Source of the DNA: Octopus sinensis
Taxonomy: Eukaryota
Assembly (NCBI RefSeq): GCF_006345805.1
Contig: NC_043002.1
Location: forward strand, 5,642,001 to 5,706,000
Length of the DNA stretch: 64,000 nucleotides
Direction of reading: 5' to 3'
Shown here: piece after piece, positions 13,660 through 24,697 of the stretch
How positions within the stretch are numbered: the first letter of the stretch is position 1
Layout: the number at the start of each line of letters is the position of its first letter
Translations under genes and position numbers: made by a program
The notes under the pieces: model-generated
The model's input: the letters and a program-made list of their open reading frames with translations, nothing else
What the model was told of the DNA's origin: nothing
Database searches by the model: none

Positions 13660-14162
13660 TAATAATAATGGAAGTCTGTCGGGGTTCGACAATGACGTCA
13701 GTGACTCCAGAAGTGGGAGCGGAACTCAAAGGCGGATGCGCAGATGCGACCACATGTTGGGCACGTAACAGCAGAAGGAGGGTTGGGGATCCTCTCTTTT
13801 CGGGCTTGTCGCTTCTGATTCAAAAGGCTCTTGAGGCGCTTTTCCCTGAACAGCCTAACACCCTTTTGGACAGCTGGACGCCAGTCGCCGCGGTCAGAGG
13901 CAAGCGATTCCCAATCACGGGCTGAAATGCCGCAGGCTTCAAGGGAAGTTTTCTGTCTTTGCATCGCCTCAGTGGCCCTCCAAGGGTTTCTTGCTTCAGA
14001 AGCCAGCTCTGAGAAAGAGATCATTTTTGATAGATGCGTGTCGTCTTTTCGGACTACATGTCCGTCCCACCGGAGCTGGGCCTTCATGATGAGGGCTTTG
14101 ATCCTGGGCATTTTGGCTCTGTGAAGCACCTCAGTGTTGGAGACTCTGTCCTCCCAGGAATA
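13660..14162 (-). mobile_element. RTE-clade LINE 3' fragment
   Basis: SWEDRVSNTEVLHRAK..KAQLRWDGHVVRKDD..WESLASDRGDWR..CPTCGRICASAFEFRSH (RTE/BovB-like C-terminus with zinc finger), followed by an (ATT)n tail. Confidence 0.85.
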
Positions 14163-14163
14163 T

Positions 14164-14680
14164 CCAGATGTAGAATTTATAAGCAATGACACTCTATATA
14201 AATTCTCTACTGGAAATGACCAACTTTAAGAGAATCTTACATTGCTTATAAATTCTACATCTGGAAGGACTCATAGTAAACTCTGTTGGACTTTTGGATT
14301 TTACTCAAAGGATATTGGAATATTACACATATATATCATTATGCCTATAAAACGGATTTACGAATTCATTAACCATACATACCTTACATCTATTTTCTTT
14401 CCTCCACCTCACTCTCTATTTGTATCACATCGAAACTCACTATGACTTAATTTTTCCTCTCACACCGTCTCCGATGAAGGGATATTATTATTAATTAACA
14501 TCCTAGAAACAGCTGTAAGACCTTCTATCTATAAAGGCTCTAATATCTATACAGTCTTGGGTTTTTTGTATCTCATTACGCAAAAAAATTCATATATACA
14601 CACGCTGACATAGAACCAACGTTGAACTCTTTATTCGCAATACTACCGAATCTGGAACTTAACTATTGTCTGTCTATAGC
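14164..14680 (+). mobile_element. Hammerhead-bearing PLE-type terminal fragment with inverted 5' duplication
   Basis: Perfect 25-bp inverted repeat at 14164-14188 / 14240-14264, and an HHR at 14467-14521. Confidence 0.6.
14467..14521 (+). ncRNA. Type I hammerhead ribozyme (CCGAUGA core variant)
   Basis: gtct-CCGATGA-agggat...atcct-a-GAAAC-AGCT-GTA-agac. Confidence 0.7.
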
Positions 14681-15646
14681 ACTGCCTTCCTCTCAGATCG
14701 CTCCTTCCAAGTCCAAGTTAATGGTTCGCGGTCCGACGTCTCCAGTGCGAGCAGTGGCGTGCCTCAAGGTTCAGTGCTTGGGCCCTTGTTGTTCTTAGTC
14801 TTCATAAATGACTTGCCCGACGACCTCACGCAACACACCCTTCTATTTGCCGACGATATCAAACTGGTCGCTCCTCGCGGTAATATAGAGGATCTTCGTC
14901 GATGCCTCCACCAAATTTGGAAGTGGTCTAACGATTGGGACCTGTGTCTGAACGTGTCAAAGTGCTGTCATCTGCCTGTCGGCTCTACTCCTGCAACTCA
15001 ACTTGATTTCGAGCCGGGTCGTCTGCTGCTGGAGAGGACCGATCAGGTAAAGGACCTGGGTATCTTGGTGGATTCCTCCTTTTCGCCTTCGGCCCAGTGC
15101 GTCCATGCTGCCAACAAAGCACGCGGAATTCTGTTCTTGATTCGACGGTCATTCGGAATGCTCACAGCAGCCATATTCCTACCACTCTATGTCACGCTGG
15201 TGAGACCCATATTGGAGTATGGGATTCAAGCCTCTTCTCCTTTTCTCCTCAAAAACATACAGCATCTCGAAAGAGTCCAGAAGCTGGCTACCCGCATGGT
15301 TCATGGTCTCAATAATTTGTCCTACGAAGAAAGGCTGAGGACGCTCGACCTTTATTCTCTTGAAAAACGCCGCTGCCGTGGTGATCTCATTCTCGCTCAC
15401 AACATCATAAGCGGAAAGTGTAACCTCTCGAAAGAGCTGTTCTTCACTCCTGCTCCAGAGCGTCGGCTGCGGGGTCATTCCGAAAAGCTCTACCTGCGAC
15501 GATTTCATCTCAATCGAAGAAGAGGAGCTTTCTCCGTCCGGGTTGCGGATCCGTGGAACAAGCTGCCAGACGAGATGGTGAAGATGCCGACGACCGCTTT
15601 GTTCAAAGCCTCCCTGGACCTCAAGTGGCCTGAACTCTTTACATGA
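14666..15646 (+). pseudogene. 5'-truncated CR1-clade reverse transcriptase ORF2 (uninterrupted C-terminal ~320 aa)
   Basis: SGVPQGSVLGPLLFLVFINDL, LFADDIKL, KDLGILVDS, LERVQKLAT, FSVRVADPWNKLP. The first codons of the called ORF lie in flanking DNA. Confidence 0.9.
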
Positions 15647-15732
15647 ACACCACCCTGTACTTAACTCCATGTCCCCCTACATGGCCTTGCTATTTGCTTT
15701 TGAGCCAAATTAACTAACTAACTAACTAACTA
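14681..15732 (+). mobile_element. CR1-clade LINE, 5' truncated, (TAAC)n tail
   Basis: RT ORF, short 3'UTR and taactaactaac tail; sister copy at 40331-40831. Confidence 0.9.
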
Positions 15733-15795
15733 TTCAGCATTACCTGAAACCTTTGGGTCTCAATGACACCATTATCTCTTATATATATATATATG

Positions 15796-15829
<34 letters not shown>

Positions 15830-16487
15830 TGTATGTATGTATGTATATATATATGCATATATATATATAATATGTATGTATATATATATATATATGTCAT
15901 ATATATATTTATATATATATATGTGTGTGTGTGTATATACATATTGTGTGTGTGTGAGTGTGTGTGTGCACGTGTGTATTATTGTAAATGAAAAATATCT
16001 TGCCCAGTTATATTCTACCTCTTGACTTGTGTATATGAATGTACATTTACGTTTCAAATAACGCATATTTGACCCTGATGTCAAGTAAAAACTGCTATTT
16101 AACGCCCATTTTTTTTCTTTCTGCAAGTGAAATACCAGTTTCAAACTAGTTGACTCTCTTCAGCATTCCCAAGAACCGTCACATGCCTTGCCGGAAATAA
16201 TCGAGAACTTGTGATAAATAAACAGAGTGGAAAGCCAAAGTTTCTGGTGTTACATTAACTCGGGAGAAGCATGTGAAGGGAAGCGTGATTTGGGGAGAGA
16301 GCCAACTGGCAAGACATCCGGTAGGTTAAACCTAACTTTAAAACTCTACAGGAAGTTCTAATGTTTTAGAATGTGAGGGTGTGTGTGTAAATATATATAT
16401 GTATGTATATATATATATATAGGCGGTGCTCCAGCATGGCCACAGTCAAATGACTGAAACAAGTAAAAGAGTTATATATATATATAT

Positions 16488-17178
16488 ATAGAAATATAAT
16501 AAAAGGCTCCCAAATAAGGAAGCTAGTGCTAGAGACACAAAGAGGGATAAACTTATGGAAAGAATGAAAATCAAAAACATTTACCATTAAAGATATATCC
16601 CAGACTGATCAGTTTCTACCTCTTTCTAGCAAAACAGACAGCCTTTCAGAAAGGCTTCCAAATAAGGATTTTCATTCTTTCCATAAGTTTATCCCTCTTT
16701 GTGTCTCTAGCACTAGCTTCCTTATTTGGGAGCCTTTTATTATATTTCTATATGAATAATATTTTGTCTAATGACTAATTCGTCTTTTGTGCTAGGCCAC
16801 TGGTAATAATAACTTATGTTATGACCCTTTTTGATTATGTTTACATACTTGATAAATTTTAATCGTAAAATTTTTTACCGGCATGCTCTCTGTCGCCGGG
16901 TATGTTTTGCGTCTGCGCGGAGGTTTGAAAAGTTAAGATATACAAACCGTTAGATCTACATGTGCTCTAACGCTCTGTGCATCTAGGATTAAGAAGGCTT
17001 CCCACTGATGAACCTTGCCTTGGCAAACATATTCTGTCTGTTTTGCTAGAAAGAGGTAGAAACTGTTCAGTCTGGGATATATCTTTAATGGTAAATGTTT
17101 TTGATTTTCATTCTTCCATAAATTTATCCCTCTTTGTGTCTCTAGCACTAGCTTCCTTATTTGGGAGCCTTTTATTAT
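16488..17178 (+). mobile_element. ORF-less hammerhead element (retrozyme-like): 436-nt unit with terminal direct repeat and inverted 5' copy
   Basis: 16667-16743 is repeated directly at 17103-17178. 16488-16641 is an inverted copy of the same region. Intact HHR at 17000-17077. Confidence 0.7.
17000..17077 (+). ncRNA. Intact type I hammerhead ribozyme (GUC site, cleavage predicted after 17072)
   Basis: tccca-CTGATGA-acct...aggt-a-GAAAC-TGTTCA-GTC-tggga. The inverted copy reads GAAAC-TGATCA-GTC. Confidence 0.85.
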
Positions 17179-17213
<35 letters not shown>

Positions 17214-17237
17214 TGGTGGTGGTGGTGGTTGTAGTAT

Positions 17238-17268
<31 letters not shown>

Positions 17269-17295
17269 GGTGGTGGTGGTGGTGGTGGTGGTGGT

Positions 17296-17333
<38 letters not shown>

Positions 17334-17350
17334 TGGTGGTGGTGGTGGTA

Positions 17351-17410
<60 letters not shown>
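17179..17410. repeat. Compound (GGT)n/(GGC)n/(AGT)n microsatellite
   Basis: Direct reading; a similar tract lies at 27495-27672. Confidence 0.95.
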
Positions 17411-17803
17411 AAGGGAATGCGGAGATGCAGCACCTTTATGGAGCAGGGTTTAAAACTGTGTTTGATGAGCGACTTCATTCTAATCTATCTTTAGATGTAG
17501 TGTAGGATGTATGTGGGTGAAACTGCAGTACCACCCTAGGTCTAGAAGCAGTACTCTATAGGGCCAATCACTTGATCTTTGTAGAAAGTTGGCAATTGTT
17601 AGGGGCAGGAGACTACTGTATTGAAAGATGTCTGGCTCTGCAAAGGAAAGCCAATCATTTGGATGTTGAGTCTGTTATGTTTAGTATGTGCGTTCACCAT
17701 GGCTGATCCTCAGTAATGATAGGATTAAGCATTTACAGTAACCTTAAGGATTCTTGTTGCCTGCTGTTTAGTGAAAGGTGATGTGTAATAATATTTTCAA
17801 GAT

Positions 17804-18005
17804 TCAAGGTCTGATCAATAAGTTTTCAGATTGTTGTCATAGTAACGAAGCTAAAGCACGCAGAGTAAAGTCGCTTGATAAAAATTAACCTTGAACGCTG
17901 TTGTGCATGCACACTACGTTTTAACGTTCTAGCTCACTTCTGCTGTTTACAGCAGTGCTTTGAAGGAAGGTGTGTAGCGTGTGATCGTCTCATTGACCAT
18001 AACTG
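17804..18005 (+). mobile_element. Probable mariner 5' end (TIR and leader)
   Basis: tcaaggtctgatcaataagttt resembles mariner TIRs; no coding part seen. Confidence 0.4.
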
Positions 18006-18016
18006 ATAATAAGACA

Positions 18017-18680
18017 CCCCAACTTTCCCAATCTGCACCATCGCGAGCATTAAAATCACCTAAAATGACAACTTTGTCATCATGGGGGATACTGCGTATA
18101 ATCTCTGTAAGTGATAGACAGAAGGCAAGTTTATCATCCTCTGATGAATTCATAGTTGGAGCATATGCACTCATGAAGTGTTGCACAACGACCTTTTCTT
18201 AATGGAAGTCTTAAAGACATCGAATGATCAGAATGACAACATGGTAGTTCCTCAAGTTTTGAAACCAGAATGGTTTTGATTGCAAATCCCACTGCTGATT
18301 CTCTCTTATAGGGCTCCTCTCTACTGCTCCAAAATAAATGATACCCAGCAGATTTCTCTACGAAATTCCTCTTTCCATGAATTCTTCTTTCGGCTAACGC
18401 CACAACATCCATATCATATCGCTTGTAACTCTTTTGCAACAGGCGCGGATCTTCTCTCCGGACGAGATTTCAGATAACCATTGCCTAATAACGTTCGAAT
18501 ATTCCAACATCCTATATTCATAGGCTTACATCTTAACCTGAATTTACTCGCTGTTGCAGGATGACGACCGGATCCAGGCTGTGGTGCCCTGGGACACCTG
18601 CCGAGCCAGACCACAGAACAAAATGTTCCAGAGCCCCTTTTGCCATTTGCTTCATTATCAATATCAACTTTCATTGTTTA
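18017..18680 (-). pseudogene. RTE LINE 5' fragment, AP endonuclease (frameshifted)
   Basis: MNIGCWNIRTLL..RPERRSAPVAKEL / RYDMDVVALAE..GYHLFWS..VGFAIK / SAYAPTMNSS..VILGDFNAR. Confidence 0.85.
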
Positions 18681-19435
18681 GTTGTGCTTTTTAAGCTTCG
18701 GCCCACCATCTACATACAAGATGTCCATTTCTTTTTCCTTTCCAGCAATACCTGTGCTTGACACTTTTTAAAGGAAGGAAAAGTTTTGCAGAGAAACCAT
18801 TCCCACTCTCTAAACTACAACGCATGATCTAAAAAGAAGAGCAAGTCGACATCATTGGGTGCATGTTCAGTAGCAAGTTTTATATCAGAGTGTCCTTCTC
18901 CCAGTCTTTGCCCAACCAAAGGCTAACCACAAGACAAGAGTGAAGTATTTAAATTCAGAGTTACTTTCTCCAAGACAGACTACCTTCGCCATGGTTTTGG
19001 GTAAACAGAGGAGCTCTATCCACCACTCATCTATTTATTATACAAAAAAGACTAAAATAAGAAAAATAAATAAAATATTAAAAATTGAGATAAAACTGAG
19101 TAAAATTAAGATTAAAATTGACGTATAATATATACAATTTAAAACACAATATACAATATGCACACACATAGAGTTTAAAATGCAATATATACAATACACA
19201 CGTTGCTGAATGGGCGTTGACTACGTTATTGTTCCTCCGCCCTTTGACGGTTCTTAATTTTTGTCCCGCAGGGTGTCCAACAGGCCTGGTGGAGTTGCCA
19301 GTTTAGTCGCCGACGACTCGACAATGTAACCAGATTCTACTGGACTACATGGTACCAGTAACACTCAAGAGCGACCCGACATACATACATATGTATATAT
19401 ATGTATACATACATATGTATATGTATATATATATA

Positions 19436-20388
19436 TTAAGGTATGTAGAAAAATACAACATGGACAAGAACGTATAACTCTTAGAGACGACACAATAAAC
19501 ACGGACAGGACACTCGAAACCCTCAGTCTTCAGTCAAGAACCGGATCATCGTAGTAATTTCGGCTGATTAATCTTGAGATTACTAGATCACGGCCAGCCC
19601 TCCAAGAAAAACTAAGCAACGAGCATTAGAAAAAACTAGCTGGAAGCGTAGATTTCCTGGAGAAGGATCGAATGCATACGAACACCAGGACAGCAAAAGG
19701 GACAGATATAAAAAAAACAAAAAACAATAATGAATACAGAAACATGAAATACAGAAGCATTAACGGTGAAAACAACAAGTGTCTTACGACTGATAACAAG
19801 CAAACAAATTTTTTCTCTGGCGCATGGAAGAAGAAGCCTTTATAGCGGCGGACGAAAAACAACGATGTGAACACGACGAGGGTCAGGAGCTGAAAGGCAG
19901 ATTTCGGCCAACAGTCACGTGACAGAGAAGAGGGAAAAGAAAAGAGAAGCAAAGGAAGAGAGAGAGAGAGGAGGGACAAACGCAACAAAGAGAGAGAAGA
20001 GAGAGAAAGAAGGAATCAGAGAGGAGAAGGGATGGGTGTCGAAGAATGACCTGTGAGTGCAGAGCGAGACAAAGAAATAGGAGGGTAGGGGAAGACTAGA
20101 CCAAAGAATCAGAGGAAAGAGAAGAGAAAAAGAGGATGAGTAGAGAGAAAAGAGAGAGGAGGGGGACAGATCAAGTAAAAATGAGAGAGAGAGAGAGAGA
20201 CAAAACGAGAGTCGTACCAATTATTAAGAATATGTGCTCACATTTATGATAAGGGGGGTACGGGGCGCCTGGAATATGTTAAGGTATGTAGAAAAATACA
20301 ACATGACAAGAACGTATAACTCTTAGAAGACGACACAATAAACACGGACAGGACACTCGAAACCCTCAGTCTTCAGTCAAGAACGGAT

Positions 20389-20392
<4 letters not shown>
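19436..20392 (-). mobile_element. Family E element: 843-nt non-coding unit with ~115-bp terminal direct repeat
   Basis: 19436-19550 is nearly identical to 20279-20392; flanked by TA-rich microsatellites; no credible ORF. Confidence 0.65.
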
Positions 20393-20427
<35 letters not shown>

Positions 20428-20433
20428 CATATG

Positions 20434-20471
<38 letters not shown>

Positions 20472-20476
<5 letters not shown>

Positions 20477-20712
20477 CGTGACCGACCAGGCTATCAGATG
20501 TTGCTACACATCGCTGGTCACAATGCGCTTCGCATTGTTTAACCTTCAAATGACGCTACACCGCTGGCTAAGCGAGCAGGCCTACAGAAGAAAGAGCCTC
20601 GTGGAGCTTTAGTGTTTTCGCTCAATAAACACTCACAACGCCCGGTCTGGGAATCGAAACCGCGACCCTACGATCACGAGTCCGCTGCTCTAACCGCTGG
20701 GCCATTGCGCCT

Positions 20713-20714
<2 letters not shown>
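20472..20714 (-). mobile_element. tRNA-derived SINE, family D head with alternative tail (D')
   Basis: Minus strand head ggaggcgcaatggcccagcggttagagc..ggtttcgattccc; tail ..accagcgatgtgtagcaacatctgat shared with 28364-28657. Confidence 0.8.
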
Positions 20715-20811
<97 letters not shown>

Positions 20812-20885
20812 CATATATACATACATACATACATACATGCATGCATACATACATACATACATACATACATACATACATACATACA

Positions 20886-20916
<31 letters not shown>

Positions 20917-21093
20917 TGATTGATTGATTAAAAATATTGATTCTTACAAACCCCTCCACAGCTTGTATACAATTAGCTGTTAAGAAAGAGAAAAGCTTTT
21001 TTCCATTGATTTTCCAAACAATATAAGGAAATATGACGTCTTCAACAGAGATTACAAACCAGATCTAGACTATACAATTCTGTTCGTGCTTGT

Positions 21094-21129
<36 letters not shown>

Positions 21130-21150
21130 TGCGCGTGTGTGTATATATAC

Positions 21151-21269
21151 CAGTTTTATTCGGTTCCGTGCAACTTCAAGTTTCGCAGGCTCCTAATGGG
21201 AACCCATCTCTATTAAAGCCCTGTTAGGGGCCTGCGAAACTTGAAGTCGCACGAAACCGAATAAAACTG
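21151..21269. repeat. Inverted repeat (~50-bp arms) containing the 3' half of a hammerhead
   Basis: cagttttattcggttccgtgcaacttcaagtttcgcagg / cctgcgaaacttgaagtcgcacgaaaccgaataaaactg; GAAAC-TTGAA-GTC at 21236-21248. Confidence 0.75.
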
Positions 21270-21903
21270 TTTTAAATAATACATGTAACTCCTACCAAAT
21301 TTGTTGAGCGCCCTTTTCTTTCGTCTGCCCACTCGCTCGTACACACACACACACACACACACACATGTATGTATGTATGTATGTATGTATGTATGTATGT
21401 ATGTATGTATGTATGTATGTATGTATATACACATACATACAGGTGTGTGTATGTGTGTTTAAAATGTCATCTGATTAGCTGCATCGGCAGCAAATTAGAT
21501 GTTTTTTGTTCTGGTCTCAATCGTTGTTGTTGCTGTTGTTGCTGTACAAAGTCATCTCAGGTATTGCTAAAACTACGGCTCATGGACGAATGAGTCGATG
21601 ACTTGATTGTGTACGTAGTCGAATGAGGAAATCTGGGCATGTTGCAAATTATAATGTCGGCCATATCGGAAGCTGTCAGGATGTATGGGACTAATGAAGC
21701 TATCGTTGTTGTTTCTGACATTCGTGTGTGTGTGCACGCGCACGCGCCTTTGTGTGTTTGTGTTTGATTCGATAATTTTTGCTGCATAGGTAAGATGTTC
21801 GTTTTGCATCTACGTAGTTTCAGGTTCAGTTCTTGTGAGCAGCACCTTATGCAAGTTTCTTCTATTATAGTTCCGAGACCGACCATTGTGAAAAATCCTG
21901 TGG

Positions 21904-21949
<46 letters not shown>

Positions 21950-22226
21950 CAGGGGTTGAACAAAATAATGGACACACCTAGCATCATAGCATCTTAATTT
22001 TGAAATATCTATAAAATCGTCAAAACTTGTTTATTTTCGTTTTTTGGTTTGTTATTAGAGTTGCTTAATATGATTTGCTAAAATTGCTGTTTCTTTTCAA
22101 ATATCGTTAGAAAAAGTAAATTGAAATTCATTAAGATGACAGATCTATCGAGAATCAAAGAGGTCAAATTGTTGGTGCTCGTATGGCAGGCGCTAGCGTA
22201 ACGAAAACAGCCGAAATGTTTGGTGT
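21950..22226 (+). mobile_element. Tc1-like transposon 5' end
   Basis: TIR-like caggggttgaacaaaataatggacacac, then a frameshifted MTDLS../QRGQIVGARMAGASVTKTAEMFGV from 22136. Confidence 0.8.
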
Positions 22227-22393
22227 GCGTGTATGTATACATAGGCGTACACACACACATACACATACATACTTACATACACACAAACACACACATACAT
22301 ATATATATTTACTTTTATTCATATTTTTAATGAAAATATCTTAGAATTTGTATGATTAAGTTGGATCCGTTAATAATAATAATAAAAAGAAAA

Positions 22394-22477
22394 ATAGCCT
22401 GAGGACGCACTGGTGGATTTATGTATTAGGTATAGCCTGGTAAAACAAATCACCAGAGCAGAAACACGTGTAACGTT
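22394..22477 (+). ncRNA. Type I hammerhead ribozyme, stem I decayed
   Basis: CTGAGGA (22399)-c-gcactggtg...caccagagc-a-GAAAC-ACGT-GTA. Confidence 0.6.
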
Positions 22478-23343
22478 GATTAATATAATCTTATTTCTCC
22501 ACAGACTAATAACAGGTAAGGTATATATATATATTTTTAAATATGTTTAAATAATTTTTAATTAATTCTAATGTACTTTATTTTATTGTACGTTATAGTA
22601 GGCTTTAAAATGATTATATTATTAGATTAGTATTTTGGATATCATTTTCTGTGTACTCCAGAAAATAAGGTTGTCCTGAAATTGAAGTTGTGGTCCTATT
22701 GGTAAAATCCCAAATTTGTAATAATACATGTATGTATTATTACAAATTTAGCCCCTGTGGATAATAAAGAAACAGATACCAGCATTTACAAATTGCCCCA
22801 CATGCGATCAGCCTCTCAATCTTCTGAATCTTTGCTGTTTGTTAGAAAGATTCGTTGCGGAGGGATTGAGGATCCATATGGGTCTGGTATGATCTCTGGT
22901 TGATATAATCTAATGTTTCTAGGGCGCTCTTTCTTTGTTTTAGCAAAAATGCGGTTCTCTGGGCGCTTAAAATACGTCGTTGTGCGATATACACGCCATG
23001 CTTTATTTACCATGACTTCTGCATATGTTGAGAATGTCGTAAAATTGTTTTATGTAATTCCCATTGTCTGCCTCTTGTATAACCGGAATCTTTATTGTGT
23101 GACAGCGATGACGGGTTGTAATTGAAACTGTAGGTTTTCTTGTAAGAAAAGAAATTGTGTCTGTTTTCGTCTTTGTTTTCCGCCATGTTTGAGCCAAGCT
23201 TTTAGGTAGATGGAGAAGATGTGTCTACCGGCTGGTGGGAAAATGTGACTGGGATGCTATCTATGTACGAGGCTGAGTTTGTGTATGGGTATGGAAAGGT
23301 TATATAAGGGGAAATGCTGATTCTAGTTGTACTTTCATTATAT

Positions 23344-23737
23344 ACTCTTTACTCTTTTACTCTTTTACTTGTTTCAGTCATTTGACTGAGGCCATGCTGG
23401 AGCACCGCCTTTAATCGAGCAACTCGACACCAGGACTCATTCTTTTGTAAACCCAGTACTTATTCTATCGGTCTCCTTTGCTGCATAAACACATAAACAC
23501 ACCAGTATCGGTTGTCAAGCAATGCTAGGGGGACAAACACACACACACACACACATACATATATATATATACATATATACGACGGACTTCTTTCAGTTTC
23601 CGTCTACCAAATCCACTCACAAGGCTTTGGTCGGCCCGAGGCTACAGTAGAAGACACTTACCCAAGGTGCCACGCAGTGGGACTGAACCCGGAACCATGT
23701 GGTTGGTAAACAAGCTACTTACCACACAGCCACTCCT
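23344..23737 (-). mobile_element. Family C SINE, full length
   Basis: Reverse complement of 49561-49966; (gtaaaaga)n tail and internal microsatellite. Confidence 0.85.
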
Positions 23738-24538
23738 GCTGTACCACTCCGGCGCATTTTTTTCAACTTGATTGTTAGCCAACGTTTTGTTCAAGGATTT
23801 GTTGAGTATTTTGTGTAGAATCTTAGTAAAAGTGTAGTGCCGTGTTAGAATAATGAAAGTGCATTTGTCTTTCTTTCTTTTGAAGCGGTCATGCGATTTT
23901 TGTATAAGGTAAAAAGGGAAATGATAATCAGTATTATATGCTGAGTGGAGAATATGAATTAGCGATATCGAGGGTAGCCTTTACAAAACATTTGAGAGAG
24001 TGCTTAGAAGGGAGAGAGAAAAGAGTGAGGAGACAGGGAGAGAGAGGTAGAAAGAGGAAGTCGAGTGATGTTATTTCACTTCAGCTTTTGTTGAGCTTTA
24101 AAACTGCTGTGATTTTTCTGTTTCCCATTTTTGGTGATTAAGTTGTGTTAGTACGACTAGTTGTAGATGTTGCTGAACGCTTTGATTTCTCCCAATCCTA
24201 GACATTTTAGGTGTATATTTATGATTTTGTCAAACCCTGAATATTTTAAGTTTAACGATTTCCTGGTTGCTTTTCTAACGTCTCATGAAACGAAAGGACT
24301 AAAATGACGATCTAGGTACGTATTCTGCGTTTCATGTTTCTTCTTTATTTCTGCAATGTTAGGTGGTTGGCCTTCTAAGAATGTTTGACAAGGGTGTTTT
24401 CCTTATATTTGAAGTGTGGCTATGTTGTCTCAGATTTTGATTGAGACATATAATGCAATAAAGACAGTGCTAGAGTTGTGAGCAATGCCTTGTATGATGT
24501 TTTAACATATGTTTTGTTATTTATGTAGGATACAATTG

Positions 24539-24697
24539 TTTTTTTTTTCTCTCTCTAGTTTCAGCTCAGAGCTGCGGCCATGCTGATGCACCGCCGTTTT
24601 GTGCTACGCTGTTATTACTAAGAGCCTCCTCTAATATGTGGTACTTGGTGAGGAATGGAATTTGATATAGCTACCCTCATTTGCACCTCTTGCCGTG
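24539..24697 (-). mobile_element. CR1/L2-group LINE extreme 3' end (same family as 8098-8492)
   Basis: Near-identical tctagtttcagctcagagctgcggccatgctgatgcaccgccgttttgtgctac. Confidence 0.8.

Noticed and set aside
16933-17505. Poly-Thr, poly-Gly and poly-Val ORFs
   Set aside because: A trinucleotide microsatellite is open in several frames.
18140-18150. CTGATGA here and at ~61811
   Set aside because: They lie inside RTE coding sequence and a SINE respectively, with no stem II / GAAAC / stem I arrangement.
19250-19360. Possible host exon after tttttgtcccgcag
   Set aside because: The acceptor looks plausible, but the donor is weak and no recognisable peptide or partner exons were found.
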